A DNA stretch of 63,353 nucleotides, filler included, from Octopus bimaculoides (Eukaryota), in assembly GCF_001194135.2 (NCBI RefSeq). It is 7 parts of 7 records of this genome, joined end to end, with 100 filler letters (N's around TTAATTAATTAA, not from the genome) between each part and the next. Parts side by side here need not be neighbours in the genome. Positions count along the whole stretch, not along the records: positions 14,911 to 39,341 come from NC_068985.1; positions 39,442 to 51,956 come from NC_068982.1; 5 more parts are not named here. One strand, given 5' to 3'. Of the stretch, positions 27,960 to 40,700 are shown one piece after another. The first letter of the stretch is position 1, and every line of letters starts with the position of its first letter. The notes beneath the pieces were generated by a model that had not been told where the DNA came from, ran no database searches, and worked only from the letters and a program-made list of their open reading frames with translations. The position numbers and the translations under genes are program-made.

Positions 27960-28250
27960 GACGCTCGGGAAGGTGGGGAAGTCTTTTATGTTTCGAGCCT
28001 ATGCTCTTCAACAGAAAAGAACCCGAGGAAATACACAGAGACAGAATAAAAAAAAACCTTTTGGAGTTAGCGGTCAATTATGGTGACAACCTATATCTCT
28101 ATTTATCTATCTATCTATCTATCTATTTATCTATCTATCTGTCTATTTGAACTTTACAGAAAAGCAAATGACAAAGACAGGTGTATAAACAACAAGCAAG
28201 TGTATTAGTTTGACGCTCGGGAAGGTGAGAAAGTCTTCTATGTTTCAATT
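27960..28250. repeat. Locally duplicated fragment (TTTGACGCTCGGGAAGGTG..AAGTCTT.TATGTTTC and TTATGGTGACAACCTAT each twice), possibly Penelope-like terminal sequence
   Basis: Duplication read directly; the Penelope assignment is a weak resemblance. Confidence 0.45.
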
Positions 28251-28265
28251 ATGGTGACAACCTAT

Positions 28266-28317
<52 letters not shown>

Positions 28318-28899
28318 TTATCTATTTCTCTATCTATCTATCTCTCTTTCTCTATCTTTCTCTTTATCTCTATCTATTTCTATCTCTCTTCTATCGCTAT
28401 CTCTATATCCATCTCTATCTCTATTACTCGATACATACACACGTCAATCTTTACATACATGCGCGCGCGCGTGTGCACTTGCAAGGAGCAGAGTTACCAT
28501 CAAGGAAAATCACATCATAAAGCACTGGACAACCTGAAAAGGACAAAAACACATTACCCAAGGTGCAAAGCAGCAGGAGCAAACACGTGGATGTGAACTC
28601 TATCTCTTAAACACATACACATACATACACAGTTATTAGCAACAACAACAACAACAACAACAACAATGATAACATCATCGATAACAAGAAAAGAAATTTT
28701 GTTGTTATAATATGAAATTAAGTAATTAAGCAGAAAGCAATATTGTTTTCCATTCCTGTCTATTGAATAACTGAATAGAAAATATTTTAAAATACTGGAC
28801 TTACGTTAGTTTCTTCTCCCCCATTAATATCGATGTGTTTGTTTATCTATTGAGTTTTTGATTTAATTTGATGTGTGTTTATTACGTGTGCGTATATAA

Positions 28900-28950
<51 letters not shown>

Positions 28951-29096
28951 AATGAATATATATGTATATATATATACATATGTACATATATATGTATGTT
29001 TGTATATATAATATATATATAATATATATATACACACAAATACGTATGTATATATACATACATATACATATATATTTATGTGTGCGTGTATATATA

Positions 29097-29127
<31 letters not shown>

Positions 29128-29139
29128 AGATATAGATAT

Positions 29140-29186
<47 letters not shown>

Positions 29187-30739
29187 NNNNNNNNNNNNNN
29201 NNNNNNNNNNNNNNNNNNNNNNNNNNNNNNNNNNNNNNNNNNNNNNNNNNNNNNNNNNNNNNNNNNNNNNNNNNNNNNNNNNNNNNNNNNNNNNNNNNNN
29301 NNNNNNNNNNNNNNNNNNNNNNNNNNNNNNNNNNNNNNNNNNNNNNNNNNNNNNNNNNNNNNNNNNNNNNNNNNNNNNNNNNNNNNNNNNNNNNNNNNNN
29401 NNNNNNNNNNNNNNNNNNNNNNNNNNNNNNNNNNNNNNNNNNNNNNNNNNNNNNNNNNNNNNNNNNNNNNNNNNNNNNNNNNNNNNNNNNNNNNNNNNNN
29501 NNNNNNNNNNNNNNNNNNNNNNNNNNNNNNNNNNNNNNNNNNNNNNNNNNNNNNNNNNNNNNNNNNNNNNNNNNNNNNNNNNNNNNNNNNNNNNNNNNNN
29601 NNNNNNNNNNNNNNNNNNNNNNNNNNNNNNNNNNNNNNNNNNNNNNNNNNNNNNNNNNNNNNNNNNNNNNNNNNNNNNNNNNNNNNNNNNNNNNNNNNNN
29701 NNNNNNNNNNNNNNNNNNNNNNNNNNNNNNNNNNNNNNNNNNNNNNNNNNNNNNNNNNNNNNNNNNNNNNNNNNNNNNNNNNNNNNNNNNNNNNNNNNNN
29801 NNNNNNNNNNNNNNNNNNNNNNNNNNNNNNNNNNNNNNNNNNNNNNNNNNNNNNNNNNNNNNNNNNNNNNNNNNNNNNNNNNNNNNNNNNNNNNNNNNNN
29901 NNNNNNNNNNATATATATATATATATATAAATGTATATGTTTATGTACGTTTGCGTATGTTAAACTACATTATGTGTGTCTGTGTATTTGAATGTAGTGG
30001 AGTAGTTCAGTGCACTTATATATCAATATCTATGTAGGCTTACGTCTGAGATTAAAACAAAAATATACGCTCACACAAGCGTTCGTGCGCGCGCGCACAC
30101 ACAGGCACACACAAATACACAGGTTCACGAACACAACCATAGATGTGGTCATAAACATATATATGTTACGTGGGTGTCTACACACACACGACTACGTTTG
30201 GTCATCGATTCGTATCAGATGTATATATATCGATCTATTGACAAGTGTGCTGTGAATTCTCACACTCACTTCCGCACACACCAAATATATACATATATAT
30301 ATATACACACATATATGCGTATATATCTATTTGTGTGTGTGTGTGTGTGTGTATGTGTGTTATACGCACACACAAACCGCGCATTCCTACACACACCACC
30401 TCTGTACCAGAAGCACACAATGGAATTTCACGAAACCTAATATAAATAACAGCAGACTGTGTTGTTTTCTAACTAAATGGTAATTCTGTTGCTTCCCAGG
30501 AATGGTTGTTGATTGGCCCTACGTCAGCTTTCTTGCCACAAGCGCTTGGATATGGTATATCTAGGACTATGTCATCCAATGTGCACCTCATTTTCGTTTT
30601 TTCAGAAAGTTGGGCGTGAACCGTTGGGGCGATGATTACCTGTTTTTTTCTTACGGGTCGACTGAGTACGTAGAACCCGTCTCCACTCGTTGGCTTTTCA
30701 AATTTCTCGCTAGAGGTCTTTCTGCTCCTGCCAAGCCTT

Positions 30740-30850
30740 TTGACCCTTGACACCTGTTGTTATTACATACATACAAGCACAACAGACCTGATATAATGAT
30801 GTGGGATAGGGAAGAAAAAATGTGCACAGTTGTGGAAGTTAGCTGCCCAG
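30740..30850 (+). mobile_element. Short RLE fragment of the third R4 lineage
   Basis: YKHNRPDIMMWDREEKMCTVVEVSCP, nearly identical to ORF 35351-35740; preceded by TACATACATAC. Confidence 0.8.
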
Positions 30851-30900
30851 TGTCACATGACTCTTTTCTCGTGTATGTAGTAAACACACAACGTTTAAAA

Positions 30901-31360
30901 CAGTGGTTCCCAGCCATTTTTCTCTCTATGAACCTCTTTGATTACTATTTTATTCTGGTGGACCCATAGCCATTCAAGATACTTCTAAAATTCTTATTTT
31001 ATTTTCCCCACATTAACTTAAGCAGGTTGAACTATGTAAATGATTTGAAAAAGAAATTTAGTTGTTGCAATAAAAACAGCTAAATCAAATTGTTTAATGG
31101 ACGCTTAAAATAATACTGTGGAATGGTCTGAGTTGTATCTGAATAGAGGTAGACAATGTAGGCTCTGCTTAGCTGAGAGGAGAACCATTTTGGAAAAAGT
31201 GAAATTTTTGGATGCTGCCCTCATGAACGCAAATTCGCCTAGGCGATGTAGTCATTTTCGATCATTAATGTGGTCCCTTTTTAATATATTGTTGCATAAA
31301 CCCCCGCCAACATCTTATATGGACACCAGGGGTCATATAGGTCCCAGTTGAGAACCACTA
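30901..31360. mobile_element. hAT-type MITE
   Basis: TIRs CAGTGGTTCCCAGC / GTTGAGAACCACTA; 8-bp TSD GTTTAAAA / GTTTAAAG. Confidence 0.8.
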
Positions 31361-31366
31361 GTTTAA

Positions 31367-31448
<82 letters not shown>

Positions 31449-31544
31449 CCGAAGGCGAAATACAACAACGGTTAGCATATTCACGTTCAAGTCCGCCATA
31501 ATGTATTACGAATGAATATATGCGTCATTATTCTAGCTATCGCG

Positions 31545-31860
31545 AGGGTGCATGATCTAGTGGTCAGGGTGTTGCACTCACGATCGCAAGATCATGGTTT
31601 CAATTCCAGTGGAATCAATTCCTAAATCAGACTAGTCAGTGAGCCTTTGGGCACAGCATTTCCTTTTACAATGCCCCAACCTTCACATCTTGTAAGCAAA
31701 ACACTTCATCTCACGTTACTCTATTATCACTTTAGCACCTGACGTGTGATACACCACGCACTTCCTCAGGCAACGTTGATTTGATGGAGGGCGTGATCTA
31801 ATGTACAACACAAACACTTGATCATTATAAATAAATCAATTCTGCAAGAAATTGCAGAAC
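31545..31860 (+). mobile_element. tRNA-headed SINE, family D
   Basis: GGTGCATGATCTAGTGGTCAGGGTGTTGCACTCACGATC...GGTTTCAATTCC (A/B-box-like) and a CCTTTGGGCA core. Confidence 0.6.
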
Positions 31861-32156
31861 GGTCTTTCTCAGACTACCAGAGACATCAGCCATATCATTC
31901 TAGTTATCAATCATTTTATTCTGGTAAAACTGTTGAGTAAAAACAAAATAAAAATTAGAGGTGAGTCACCCATAATATTAGTTTCAAACTTTGTGTTATG
32001 TCTCAAGCTACTGCTGTCTAGCACCTTCGGATTATCTCTACTTAACCGCTACACAACTGCTACTCGACTGCTACTCAACACACCTACCACGGCCAGACTA
32101 CCTCTATTTATATGTCTTGGGAGATCCTACTTCTTCGCCTGGAGGCGTCGACACAA

Positions 32157-32365
32157 CACTTTGGCACAACGCCAGCAATTTTGGAGGTGGGGGTAATTCG
32201 ATTTAATCAACTCCGGTGCTCGATTGGTACTTATTTTATCGACCACCGAAAGATGAAAGGCAAAACCGACATCAGCGAAATTTGAATTCATAGCGCAAAG
32301 GACGGATGAAATGCCGTTAAACATCTTACCCACCATTCCAACGATTCTGTCAGCTCACTCCTGTT
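32157..32365 (-). mobile_element. SINE family A (diverged)
   Basis: Similar to the other family A copies. Confidence 0.7.
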
Positions 32366-32685
32366 GGGGTATCTATAATATTTTATTCAATTTATTGTCA
32401 AGGTTCGAAAAGAAGACGCAACGACTAAGCAATGCCAGGAGTTTTATTTTCAGAAAAAATTTCGTGACGATAGACGAAAGTTGGTGTATTGCTGTAAGAA
32501 AAGAGAGAAAAGAAAGGCGAAAAGAACACGATCAAAGGCGAACTGCGAATAAGAACAAATATCAACATGAAACCAGTTCGTATTAGAAGAAAGATGGAGT
32601 GTATATGTATATATAATTTGTTTATGTGTATGTGTGTGTGTGTGTGTGTGTGTTTTAGTTAATATTAGTTTTCTTTCATTTTGTA

Positions 32686-32734
<49 letters not shown>

Positions 32735-33028
32735 ACACTCACACACATTTATACATAAACATTATATATATATATATATATATATATACATAACATATTT
32801 ATACATATACATTATGAATTTATATATATGCATATCTGTATATACATGTATATATATACATTCATACATACATACATACATACATTCATACATACATTCA
32901 TACATACATATATGTGTGTGTGTATGTGTGTGTGTGTGTGTGTGCGTGCGTATGATCAATTCAAAACACAGAGAAAAGAAGAAAAAGAGAAAATATATAT
33001 TCATATATATATATATATATATATACAT

Positions 33029-33059
<31 letters not shown>

Positions 33060-33101
33060 TAGAGAGAGAGTGAAAGAGCGTGAGTTAGATAGATGTATGT
33101 G

Positions 33102-33132
<31 letters not shown>

Positions 33133-33555
33133 GCATGCATATGTATGTAAATATATATTCACCTATAGATACGCACGTGTAAATGTCTGTTTGTGAGTGT
33201 GTGTGGACGTGTGTGTGTTGGTGTGTGTCTGTGTGTACCATGTGTGAGTGTACTGTGTGTTTTTTGGTACCGTCACAGTAAATCTCCACCTTGGTTTAGG
33301 CTAACCTAATATTATGATGACACTATTTCTACCCAAACAAACAAACTCCACTTATTAGTCATGCACACCCCGAATATATTAACCGGATGTTCGGTTAATC
33401 AACCTTACTTTGCTCCGTACTCTCTCTTTCTCTCTCTCCCTCTCATACATACATACATACATATATGCATATATAAATATATATGTATGTGTGTATGTAT
33501 GTATATACATATATATGCATATATATATATATATATATTTACATATGTGCGTGAC

Positions 33556-33636
<81 letters not shown>

Positions 33637-33737
33637 GTATACACACATACACATAATATATACTTATATACTATCTCCCTTGATATGTATATATGTGTGT
33701 GTATTGTGTATCTACACACACACACACACAGACACAC

Positions 33738-33828
<91 letters not shown>

Positions 33829-34664
33829 CATGATAAAGATATGATATATGCATGTACATAAGTATATATGCAGAGACTGTGATAGAGAGAGTGAGAGGGT
33901 GAGAAAGAAAAAAGCTCCGGCTGCGTATATGTATGTATGTATGTTAGACATATTTACACGAAGTCCCCATAGACTCAATATTGAATGATGCCATCTCAAG
34001 TGGCTTATTTTAGGAAAATATATGCACATGTGGTTGGTTTGATAAATATACACTGTTGTTATATAGACTGGTATCTGGACATCAATGACAGATCACCTAC
34101 AAACACACCTATTCATTCAACACATTCATACATGCAAGTGTTTGTATGGATGTGTATATTCTTGTTTTTATCTGTATTCAGGCATGTATAAAGGCGCTTG
34201 GCCCAACGGTTAGGTCATTGAACACCGATTATAAGTGCTGGAGTTTGATTTCTGCAGCAGCTGGTATATATATATATATATATATATATATNNNNNNNNN
34301 NNNNNNNNNNNNNNNNNNNNNNNNNNNNNNNNNNNNNNNNNNNNNNNNNNNNNNNNNNNNNNNNNNNNNNNNNNNNNNNNNNNNNNNNNNNNNNNNNNNN
34401 NNNNNNNNNNNNNNNNNNNNNNNNNNNNNNNNNNNNNNNNNNNNNNNNNNNNNNNNNNNNNNNNNNNNNNNNNNNNNNNNNNNNNNNNNNNNNNNNNNNN
34501 NNNNNNNNNNNNNNNNNNNNNNNNNNNNNNNNNNNNNNNNNNNNNNNNNNNNNNNNNNNNNNNNNNNNNNNNNNNNNNNNNNNNNNNNNNNNNNNNNNTG
34601 TGTGTATCTCTGTATGCATGCATGTATGTATGTATGTATGTATGTATGTATGTACGTATGTATT

Positions 34665-35106
34665 AGAATGAAGGATAGCAGGATTCCTAAGCAGATGCTA
34701 TAGGGAGAACTTGTGAATGGAAGGTGACTCCAGCAGAAACCAAGGCTGCGACTTAAGGACTGTGTCAAGTCCTCATTAAAGGTCTGTGATATGCAGGACA
34801 CTGACTGGGAGAACAATGCCTATCATCGCCACGGATGGAGGAAGCAGGTTAAGGAGGGGATCGACACACTTGATAGCGCACGTATCCAGCATGAAGAACT
34901 TAAGCGAGCTGCGTGAAAGCTCACAGCTCGCATAGTGAATGGGGAAAGCTTGGTCTGCAATGTTTGCACTCTGTATGCTTGTCAAGAGCAGGACTTATTA
35001 GCCACCAACGGAGCCGCAAATGCAAAATATAAGCTAGTCCTAGAGTGCACAATGTTCCTGAAGGTCGGCAATGGTCTTCCTCGGTCACGAGTGGACGGTC
35101 ATCATC
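34665..35106 (+). mobile_element. RTE/BovB-like LINE 3' end
   Basis: RMKDSRIPKQML*GELVNGR*LQQKPRLRLKDCVKSSLK...WENNA...WRKQVKEG...CNVC, ending in a short CAT repeat. Confidence 0.85.
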
Positions 35107-35117
35107 GTGTATGTATG

Positions 35118-35151
<34 letters not shown>

Positions 35152-35161
35152 TGTATGTATG

Positions 35162-35785
35162 TTTGTCATTGTTCAGTTTTATTTCAAGATTTCTTGCCAA
35201 TAGAGAAAGAACCGGTTTCTAACCTAGATTCAAGGCTCCTTCATTAGAATTTCAACATCAACAACAGGGTATTTTTGTTTTCATGTATGCATATGTGCAG
35301 ATTTGTATGTTTTGCTTTATGTTTGTATTCGCATGCATATATTTGCATATCTAGACATGCTCATATATATATTTAAAAGAAAACTTCTGTAAAGTCAAAC
35401 AGATTTTTACAGTTCCAGTGATCGATTGGATCTGTAGTCCTCGAATTAGCTTTCTCCTTTCTGGTTTTGAGAAGACTAATTTCTCAAGATTGGTATTTAG
35501 GCAGTGTGTTACATATCTCAAGGTACCAATAATTACAGGTATAAGCCTGAACTTGTAATCTGGATAGAGTAACTGCAGTTTTCTCAATAGTTCAGCGTAG
35601 GTATTTTCTTTTTCACTGATTCTCAGCTTTATGTTAACATCAGCTGGGCAGCTAATTTCCACAACTGTGCCAAGTTTCTCTTCTCTATCCCAAATCATTA
35701 TATCAGGCCTGTTGTGCTTACATTTTATTGGGGTTTTCACTGGGACATTCCACCACTACTCCTTTTTATTATGAGCGGCTATGGC
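35162..35785 (-). mobile_element. 5'-truncated R4/Dong-clade LINE, third lineage (RLE plus 3'UTR), flanked by (CATA)n
   Basis: ORF 35351-35740 reads KHNRPDIMIWDREEKLGTVVEISCPAD...EKENTY..L...IPVIIGTL; the 3'UTR ends AATAAAACTGAACAATGACAAACATAC. Confidence 0.85.
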
Positions 35786-35821
35786 TTATGTATGTATGTA
35801 TGTATGTATGTATGTATGTAT

Positions 35822-35934
35822 GTTATCAATCAGTTTCATTTCTGTATTTCTTGTCCATAGAGAAAGAGCCGGTCTCTAACATAGATTCAAGGCTCCTTCA
35901 TTGGAACTTTTATCAACATCATCTAGGTATTTGT

Positions 35935-35998
<64 letters not shown>

Positions 35999-36050
35999 TT
36001 TGGTGTTAGAGTATGTGCAGATTTGTATGTTTGTTTTATGGATGCGTATG
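35822..36050 (-). mobile_element. 3'UTR-only copy of the same third R4 lineage
   Basis: AGAGAAAGAGCCGGTCTCTAACATAGATTCAAGGCTCCTTCATTGGAA aligns with 35200-35250. Confidence 0.75.
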
Positions 36051-36588
36051 TATGTATGTATGTATGCATGTAGGTATGTATGACTATGCATGTACTTATG
36101 AATGTATATGTGATGTACGTGTGAATGTATGCATGTATGTGTGTTATTTATTTAATAGTTTCACTAGGTTCAAGCATAAACTAACAACGGCCATTCTAGT
36201 GCACTGTCTTTAAAAGTTCAACCAGATTATTCGCTCCATTTAATTATGACCAGTAGTATATTATATCATTTAACTTAACTTCAGCTGTTCCACTCGACGC
36301 AGCGGCTTCCACTGGTATACACAAACACGTTAGCTACTAGAAATAGCAGCCAACTTTGTTTCAAATTACACTATATGGTCATAGGTAAGGAAAAAATGAA
36401 GTAGTTAATGTAGTATATATTCCTAAAAAGCTGGAATTGTCACAGCTGGAATTCCTTTAGGCATAGGTCCATTCCATTAGAAGTGACCTGTACTTAAGCC
36501 TTAACAAATACATCCTCACAGGTGTGAGATATACATACATACAAACATACGATATATATCATATATATATCCATACCAACATGTATAC

Positions 36589-36630
<42 letters not shown>

Positions 36631-37499
36631 NNNNNNNNNNNNNNNNNNNNNNNNNNNNNNNNNNNNNNNNNNNNNNNNNNNNNNNNNNNNNNNNNNNNNN
36701 NNNNNNNNNNNNNNNNNNNNNNNNNNNNNNNNNNNNNNNNNNNNNNNNNNNNNNNNNNNNNNNNNNNNNNNNNNNNNNNNNNNNNNNNNNNNNNNNNNNN
36801 NNNNNNNNNNNNNNNNNNNNNNNNNNNNNNNNNNNNNNNNNNNNNNNNNNNNNNNNNNNNNNNNNNNNNNNNNNNNNNNNNNNNNNNNNNNNNNNNNNNN
36901 NNNNNNNNNNNNNNNNNNNNNNNNNNNNNNNNNNNNNNNNNNNNNNNNNNNNNNNNNNNNNNNNNNNNNNNNNNNNNNNNNNNNNNNNNNNNNNNNNNNN
37001 NNNNNNNNNNNNNNNNNNNNNNNNNNNNNNNNNNNNNNNNNNNNNNNNNNNNNNNNNNNNNNNNNNNNNNNNNNNNNNNNNNNNNNNNNNNNNNNNNNNN
37101 NNNNNNNNNNNNNNNNNNNNNNTGTGTGTGTGTGTGAGTGTGTGTGTTTGTCTCTCACCGGCACAGTAGAGCCAGTTTGACCCATCAGCTGCAACCAGAG
37201 GGACGAAAACAAATGTCACGTCCTGCTGGTCTTTCTAACGAGTTACACAGAGCCCGGGTGGTGGTGGTGGTGACGGTGGTGATAGCGGTGGTAGTAGCAG
37301 TGGTGGTGGTGGTGGTGGTGTGCTACTGGTGCTTATGATACTAGCAACGATGGTGGCTAGTTTGGTCTTACTAATTTCTTAGGTCTAACTGCTTCCTTGA
37401 AAATTGCCAATTGAAAATACATCCGTACAAACATACATACATGTATATGTCTGTATGTGTGTGTGCGTATGTAGGTGAGTGAGCATGTAACTATGTGCG

Positions 37500-37705
37500 T
37501 GTGTACTTGTGCTTATCACCCAGCATCGCTTATTAACCGATGTTGGTTCGTCTACGATCTCGTAACTTAGCTGTTCCACAGAACAGACAGACAGAATTAC
37601 CAAGCATTAAAAACATTAAATACTGGGGTCGATTCGTTCGACTAAAGCTCTTTAAGTAGTGCCCCAGCATGGCCGCAGTCCAATGACTGAAACAACTAGA
37701 AGATA
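37500..37705 (+). mobile_element. SINE family B, 3' part
   Basis: AACCGATGTTGG...GGGGTCGATTCGTTCGACTAA...CAGCATGGCCGCAGTC. Confidence 0.8.
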
Positions 37706-37729
37706 CATATGCATACATACATACATACA

Positions 37730-37765
<36 letters not shown>

Positions 37766-37862
37766 TATAATATAATTAAGATTCAGTTGAATTAAGTACT
37801 TAACTTGAGGCACCTTGCTAGTTCGGTATAGTCCGCACAGCTCCAAGTTAGATGAACAGAAC

Positions 37863-38203
37863 GTAAATAAGTAACAAGGATGTACAGGTGTCAATCCATT
37901 ACGGCCGTTTCAAGCCACTCCATTTAATTGATCAATCGAAACATTACATCAGTTTGGCACAGATATAGCATTACTGCCACAGACATAACGTAAGGAAACA
38001 ATGTAATTATTTTGGTTTCTATTATTGATATAAATTTGGTAAAAATGGTTTATCATTTGTTTTTTAAATCAATATGGTCATCTGCTTCTGAAGAAAGCCG
38101 TTTATTTCAAATTCATGTAATGTTTTCGTTGATCAATTAAATGGGGCCGTTTGAAACGGCCGTAATGTATTGGTAACTGTGCATCCTTTTTTTACTTATT
38201 TAC
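37863..38203. mobile_element. MITE with TIRs of about 85 bp
   Basis: AAATAAGTAA..AGGATG.ACAG...CATTACGGCCGTTTCAA...CCATTTAATTGATCAA...AACATTACAT occurs inverted at both ends. Confidence 0.8.
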
Positions 38204-38229
38204 ATTCTATTATATATATATATATATAT

Positions 38230-38498
38230 CCTTTTGGTTCCCAAAAGTTTTCAAGTTGCCGCTTCTTTGGGACCCAGGCCAAATTCCCAGCGCCCCCGCT
38301 CAGCTGCTCACCACCACAAACATTCAAAAGAACTGTATCTCACAAATAAAACCTCACCTAATTAACCCATTATTTTGTTGTGTTTACGTCCATCGCCCAC
38401 TTTTCGTCACCCCATTATCACCGCGCTTTTCTTCAACGCCCGCTTGAATCTTTCCAGCGCCCCCAGAGGGGCAATACTGCCCTGTTTAGTAACCACTG
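38230..38498. mobile_element. Possible hAT MITE, left end decayed
   Basis: Right end TTTAGTAACCACTG; left end TTGGTTCCCAAA; no TSD. Confidence 0.4.
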
Positions 38499-39009
38499 AC
38501 TTAAGGGGATGACTCGAAATAACGGGTAAACATTATTATTGTTTGCAAGTGTATCTAAATGATTATGCAACTTACAATACGTAATTTGGAAAAGTCAATT
38601 ATGATCAAATAAGTGGATGACTAGTAATACCGAGTTAACATTATTGTTTGCATGGCCGTCACAATAATTACAAAAATTTATGTATATCGATTATAACCCC
38701 CCGGTAATCGCAATAATATTAAAGGCGCAATATTAATCAAATAATGGTAATATGATGTTCAATGGAAAGTTAAGAGAAAGCATTTATATACGCAAAATCC
38801 TGGAGATTGATATAAAATTCTCAGAAAGAAGGTTAAATTTATTCTCTCAAAACAAAATTGCAATATGTGAAGTAATATGCGCAGTGTACCTCAGAGGTTA
38901 TGACAAGTCAATATGCTCTGTGAAATAGGTAGAGACTTAATTGTAATGATTTGGGCGAGTATTAAGATGATAGCAGTGATGATAACTACAAAGTGAAGTA
39001 TTGACTGGG

Positions 39010-39184
39010 TGGTAAGAAGCTAGGCGCAGGTGTGGCTGTGTGATAAGAAACTTGGTTCGCAACCACACGGTTCCAGGTTCAGTACCACTGTGTAGCACCT
39101 TGGGCAAGTGTCTTCTACTATAACCTCGGGAAGACCAAAGCTATGTGAGTGGATTTGGTAAATGGAAATTGAAAGAAGCTCGGC

Positions 39185-39190
<6 letters not shown>
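39010..39190 (+). mobile_element. SINE family B, 5' part
   Basis: CCTTGGGCAAGTGTCTTCTACTATA...GGAAATTGAAAGAAGC. Confidence 0.8.
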
Positions 39191-39226
<36 letters not shown>

Positions 39227-39441
39227 GTCATACCGGCCATGATGAAATACCACAAGGTATAGAAAATACGTATTCGCCTTTATATATTTAATCCTTTATA
39301 TTGAACACTCAATATTTCATCTATTCAATAAGACATATTCCNNNNNNNNNNNNNNNNNNNNNNNNNNNNNNNNNNNNNNNNNNNNTTAATTAATTAANNN
39401 NNNNNNNNNNNNNNNNNNNNNNNNNNNNNNNNNNNNNNNNN

Positions 39442-39648
39442 ACAAATACATAACAAAACCACCAGGACTTTCAAATATATATAACATACAAAAAATTGCA
39501 CTACTGGGAACTGCACACATCCTACGCAAAACACTTTCAATACAGTAACCATAAGAGTATCACAGCAAACCACAGCACATACCCAAGGCGCACAGAGCTG
39601 CGCTCGGTAGTGAAGTGAAAGCACGTTATGAAAATAAAACTACTGAAC
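39442..39648 (+). mobile_element. R4/Dong lineage 1, 3' end (copy 2), followed by (AAT)n
   Basis: Near-identical to 870-1078. Confidence 0.9.
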
Positions 39649-39675
39649 AATAATAATAATATTAATAATAATAAC

Positions 39676-39730
<55 letters not shown>

Positions 39731-39732
<2 letters not shown>

Positions 39733-39880
39733 CACCAACATCGAAAAAAACCTTAGGACCTTAGGAATGAGAAACCAGGTTCGAAATTTCCCCAAAACAC
39801 CTGATGAAGCCTGGAGGGTATATTAGCCGAAACGTCGTGTTAACAACAAACAAGATGAGGACAAATGTAAATAATGTTTA
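39731..39880 (+). repeat. Penelope-like terminal fragment; second copy at 46805-46935
   Basis: CCTTAGGAA.GAGAA.CCAGGTTCGAAATT...CACCTGA.GAAG...GAGGGTATAT.AGCCGAAA shared by both copies; the CTGA.GAAG..CCGAAAC pattern resembles Penelope 3' ends. Confidence 0.5.
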
Positions 39881-40602
39881 TATACGCGTACTCACAAAGC
39901 ACGGTTATTGACCCTTCTGTAACAAGTATAATAGTACGCCCTCGGTATACCTGCTGCCAAACTTGCATCGCATTATCAAACAAAGCACCAGAGAACAGCC
40001 GAAATGATTTCCTTCAGCTGAGCGCGAACACAGATGTGAGACACTAAATCATACGTATGGTTTTCATCTGCTTAAATTATGCAATAAATTGCAGATCTTG
40101 TGATGATCTTTGAGAGCAATCATACGACTATAAAATTAAAATTATATTTGAAAGCTTAGGCATCTTCTTCGACTTCAAAAATAATTCAGCCCTAATTTAT
40201 TCTTCATCATAGACAAAGAAGACGTTTAATAGAAAACTGCAGTTTTGCTTTAATATCATGAGTGTACGTTAACGCAGCTTCTACCAACACAAGCATCTTA
40301 GCATTCACAAAAGTCCCTTTAGCTGATTTGCAAGGACTCACTCGACAGCAAGTCAGCCGGGTATATAGCTGCTTATAGTGTATGCATTTGATATGCCTAT
40401 TAATGCTTCGTTCCCATTGACAAACTAACAACAGAACGGATTTGAACAAACCTATACATCATCTCGTGCTTCCACAGTAACTAATTCACGACTCTTAAAA
40501 ATCTGTTATCTCAAGTTACTCCATCGTATGTGTGTTTGTATGTGTGTATGAGAGAGCATACACGTGTAGACAGAGACACACGTGTAGAGAGAGAGAGGGA
40601 GG

Positions 40603-40700
<98 letters not shown>

